A DNA stretch of 64,000 bases from assembly GCF_040938485.1 (NCBI RefSeq), contig NW_027271669.1:496001-560000 (forward strand). The letters are read 5' to 3'. Origin of the DNA: Diadema antillarum. Its lineage: Eukaryota. The position numbers and the translations under genes were made by a program. Under the pieces are notes generated by a model, which was not told where the DNA came from, did no database searches, and was given only the letters and a program-made list of their open reading frames with translations. Below are positions 61,301-64,000 of the stretch, piece after piece. The first letter of the stretch is position 1. Each line of letters begins with the position of its first letter.

Positions 61301-63278
61301 GTTTCTTCCTCTGACTGTGTGAGGGATCTTGGTGTTACCCTCGACAAGCATCTCACTCTCACTAACCACATTCGAAATATCTGCAGATCGGCTTCCTTTG
61401 GTATTGCTAGGATCGGGAAAATAAGGAGATTCCTTAATGAGTCATCTACAGAAAAGCTGGTACATGCATTTGTGTCTTCACACTTAGACTATTGCAACAG
61501 CCTCCTCGCTCGTTGGTCTTCCTCGCTCCTGTCTTGCTCCGCTACAACGCATCCAGAACACCGCTGCACGTCTCATCACACGCACGAAGAAGCATGAACA
61601 TATCACACCTGTCATCAGATCACTGCACTGGCTACAAATTCATGACCGCATCATCTTCAAAGTTCTACTCCTCACCTACAAGATTGTCCACAACTTAGCA
61701 CCATCCTATCTTCATCATCTGGTTTCCCTCCGGACTATATCTACTTCCTCAACAACCAGACGCCTTCGTTCTCACTCCACTGCACATCTTCAACTCACAT
61801 CGGCACCGCGCACCCGTACCCGTTATGGCAACCGTGCCTTCAGTGTTATTGCACCCACACTATGGAACAACTTGCCCATCCACGTCCGTGAAGCTCCAAC
61901 AGTAGACTCCTTCAAATCATCACTGAAAACTCATCTGTTCTCTCATGCCATGTAATTTATATTGATTTATTATATGCAGTCTGTATATATGTTAAGTTAG
62001 TTCTATACGTTATAACTTACAATGTTTATCTTATGTATTTTGTATATTGTATTGCGTTTCATCGTATCTCAATCTTTATATGTTCCATGATTGAATCTAT
62101 TTTTCCTAATTTTTCTTCAGCGCTTAGAAACATCGTAAAAAGCGCTTTATAAATGATATTTATTATTATTATTAATGACTTTTCATCGTATCATGGTGGG
62201 GGCGCTGTGGCATTTGAAAGGATAAAACTCACGACTCCCAATCGGAGTTCGATTCCCGTCCAATGCTTACGTCCTTGGACAAGATACAATTTGCCCACGA
62301 TGTCCCTCTCAGCCAAGGTATATAAATGGGTACCTGACAACGCTAGGGTATAATAATAATGGCAGGGCCCTCTCCTTGTGGATAGCAGTGGCAGCACTGA
62401 AGAGGCTACCCAGGATAAAGAAGACNNNNNNNNNNNNNNNNNNNNNNNNNNNNNNNNNNNNNNNNNNNNNNNNNNNNNNNNNNNNNNNNNNNNNNNNNNN
62501 NNNNNNNNNNNNNNNNNNNNNNNNNNNNNNNNNNNNNNNNNNNNNNNNNNNNNNNNNNNNNNNNNNNNNNNNNNNNNNNNNNNNNNNNTATAATTATCAT
62601 CAACAAACAAAAAGCTGCCACCATCATTCCGTCATTGCACAATGGCCGATCCTTCTCTCCCTCCCTCCCTCCCTTTCTCTCTCTCCCTGTCTTTCACTCA
62701 CTCAGTCACTGCTGCATAATTTCCATCGCTTGAGATATCTCTTCGGGATCAGGGTTATAGGGACAGACAAACTAAATTTAATGTAGTTTTCGTGCACACA
62801 AATGCAACGTTGTTGTCTATATTAGCTGGTCGACTTGTAATGTAAGCCCGGTAGGTGATCAAAGTTCAAAGGTGACATTGTATTGATATTGCGCGTTTAA
62901 ACAGCTCGTAAAATGTTAGTGATCATACCATGCATATGTACAAGGTACGATGTAGGTGCACCCACAGCTCATACAATAAGGACACAAGAATAATAGCCAT
63001 GCCAAGAATGTTGACTGCAGAAATTGTGTGATTTTTATCTGAAGTAATCTGCTTCATGTTTTGCGCCCTATATCGAAGAGGATAAAACTGTGCAACAGAC
63101 GCTGTCAGCTTCAATGATCCTTTTGTTCTCCGGACATAAATTAAAGGCACACATCAAACAAAGTTGCATTTCACTGAACTTGAATTTCAGAGAAACTACT
63201 TTAAACGTTGACGTTGCTTTTGATGTTTTCACCCCAGGAAATAATCAAAGTCCTGGTTCTGGTATAATAATGATGATT

Positions 63279-63319
<41 letters not shown>

Positions 63320-63441
63320 AATATCTTATTCCTGCATTTTTGTCATCCTCTGACGTAGATGTATTGATATTCTTGTGCTCGTCTTCAGCCATTGATATTC
63401 GTCACCATGCGAGCTATAAACAGCCTACAATTACTATGGCT

Positions 63442-63477
<36 letters not shown>

Positions 63478-63915
63478 AAGTAACCAAGAGAGAGACTTAG
63501 AGGGGGTAGATTAATAGATAGATATTTAGAGGTAGAATGAGTTCAGCGGGAACAAAAAGTTTAACCATCGAGAGCGAGCATTCTTTCTTTAGACATAACT
63601 TTCCTTTCGTTATAATCATCGTTACATCATAGCCCTACACAGTTGACCAACAATGATAATAAAATGACGCCAATTTTGACAAGGCTTATTGATCGCACGT
63701 CCCAAATGACAACAATCATCTCGAGTTATTGGGGGTTTTTCTCGATATTACACTAACTATGCAGGGCCTATACTTACTGCTAAGGTGGAGACCGACATGT
63801 AAGCCACCAACATGCGGTACTTCCATGGCTCCGCCAGGCCGTCGGGCACGGGGATGCGCAGGAGGAACGCCAGGGCAGCGCCAGAGATTGCTAATAAAAT
63901 CCACGGAGACTTCAT
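58386..63915 (-). CDS. AADAC-like: AADAC/NCEH1-like esterase, paralogue 4 (415 aa); exons 63915-63778, 60554-60314, 59803-59740, 59190-58386
   Basis: GT-AG introns in phases 0/1/2, 1248 nt open. Exon 1 MKSPWILLAISGAALAFLLRIPVPDGLAEPWKYR (the ORF track shows another frame), HGGGYALGS, YRLSPEHPFP, GDSAGG, CGFDSIRDDG, GFHR. Confidence 0.92.
61047..62174 (+). mobile_element. 5'-truncated L2-clade LINE (end of RT domain, ORF2 C-terminus, 3' UTR) in intron 1 of paralogue 4
   Basis: YADDTQLY, LKLNEAKTE and LDYCNSLL, then after one frameshift GLP...HITP..SLHWL..RIIFKVLLLTYK...FKSSLKTHLF, stop at 61953-61955. 3' end GCGCTTAGA...GCGCTTTATAAAT plus (TAT)n. Confidence 0.9.
62198..62425 (+). mobile_element. 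tRNA-derived SINE family A, copy 3 (runs into gap)
   Basis: Colinear with the other two copies. B-box GTTCGATTCC. Confidence 0.75.
62426..62588. other. Assembly gap (163 N)
   Basis: Run of N. Confidence 1.
63279..63319. repeat. (GAT)n microsatellite
   Basis: Directly visible. Confidence 0.95.
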
Positions 63916-64000
63916 GTTGTGTGGCCCGAGACGTCGTCCAGCCTATCCGTCCACGTTTAAACAGTTGTTTTGATGTGATTATCCTTGCAAACAAACCTAT

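Noticed and set aside
61019-61597. 192-aa ORF as a host reverse-transcriptase gene or retron-like system
   Set aside because: It is the 5'-truncated end of an L2 LINE ORF2 with a frameshift and a typical LINE tail.

Overview
Eukaryotic (intron-containing, AT-rich, repeat-dense) genomic DNA, by inference from an invertebrate deuterostome such as an echinoderm, with two N-gaps. The protein-coding content is a cluster of four intact, four-exon paralogues of the arylacetamide deacetylase / neutral cholesterol ester hydrolase 1 family (HSL-family alpha/beta hydrolases with an N-terminal membrane anchor, HGGG, GDSAG, Asp and His motifs). One is on + (23747-27236) and three are on - (30479-35566, 41108-54563, 58386-63915). 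All share intron phases 0/1/2 and a 64-nt exon 3. Around and inside them are many transposable elements. These include a very young 2.9-kb non-autonomous Ty3/Gypsy derivative with identical 500-bp LTRs, a tRNA-Leu primer site and an integrase relic, and an 8.5-kb CACTA/EnSpm-like element in intron 1 of the third paralogue carrying a decayed spliced SAM-domain gene. There are also two DINE/HINE-type Helentron derivatives, MITEs of several superfamilies, two tRNA-SINE families, and L2 and CR1 LINE fragments. Nearly all other entries in the ORF track are spurious. Family assignments come from motif recognition by eye, not from database searches.
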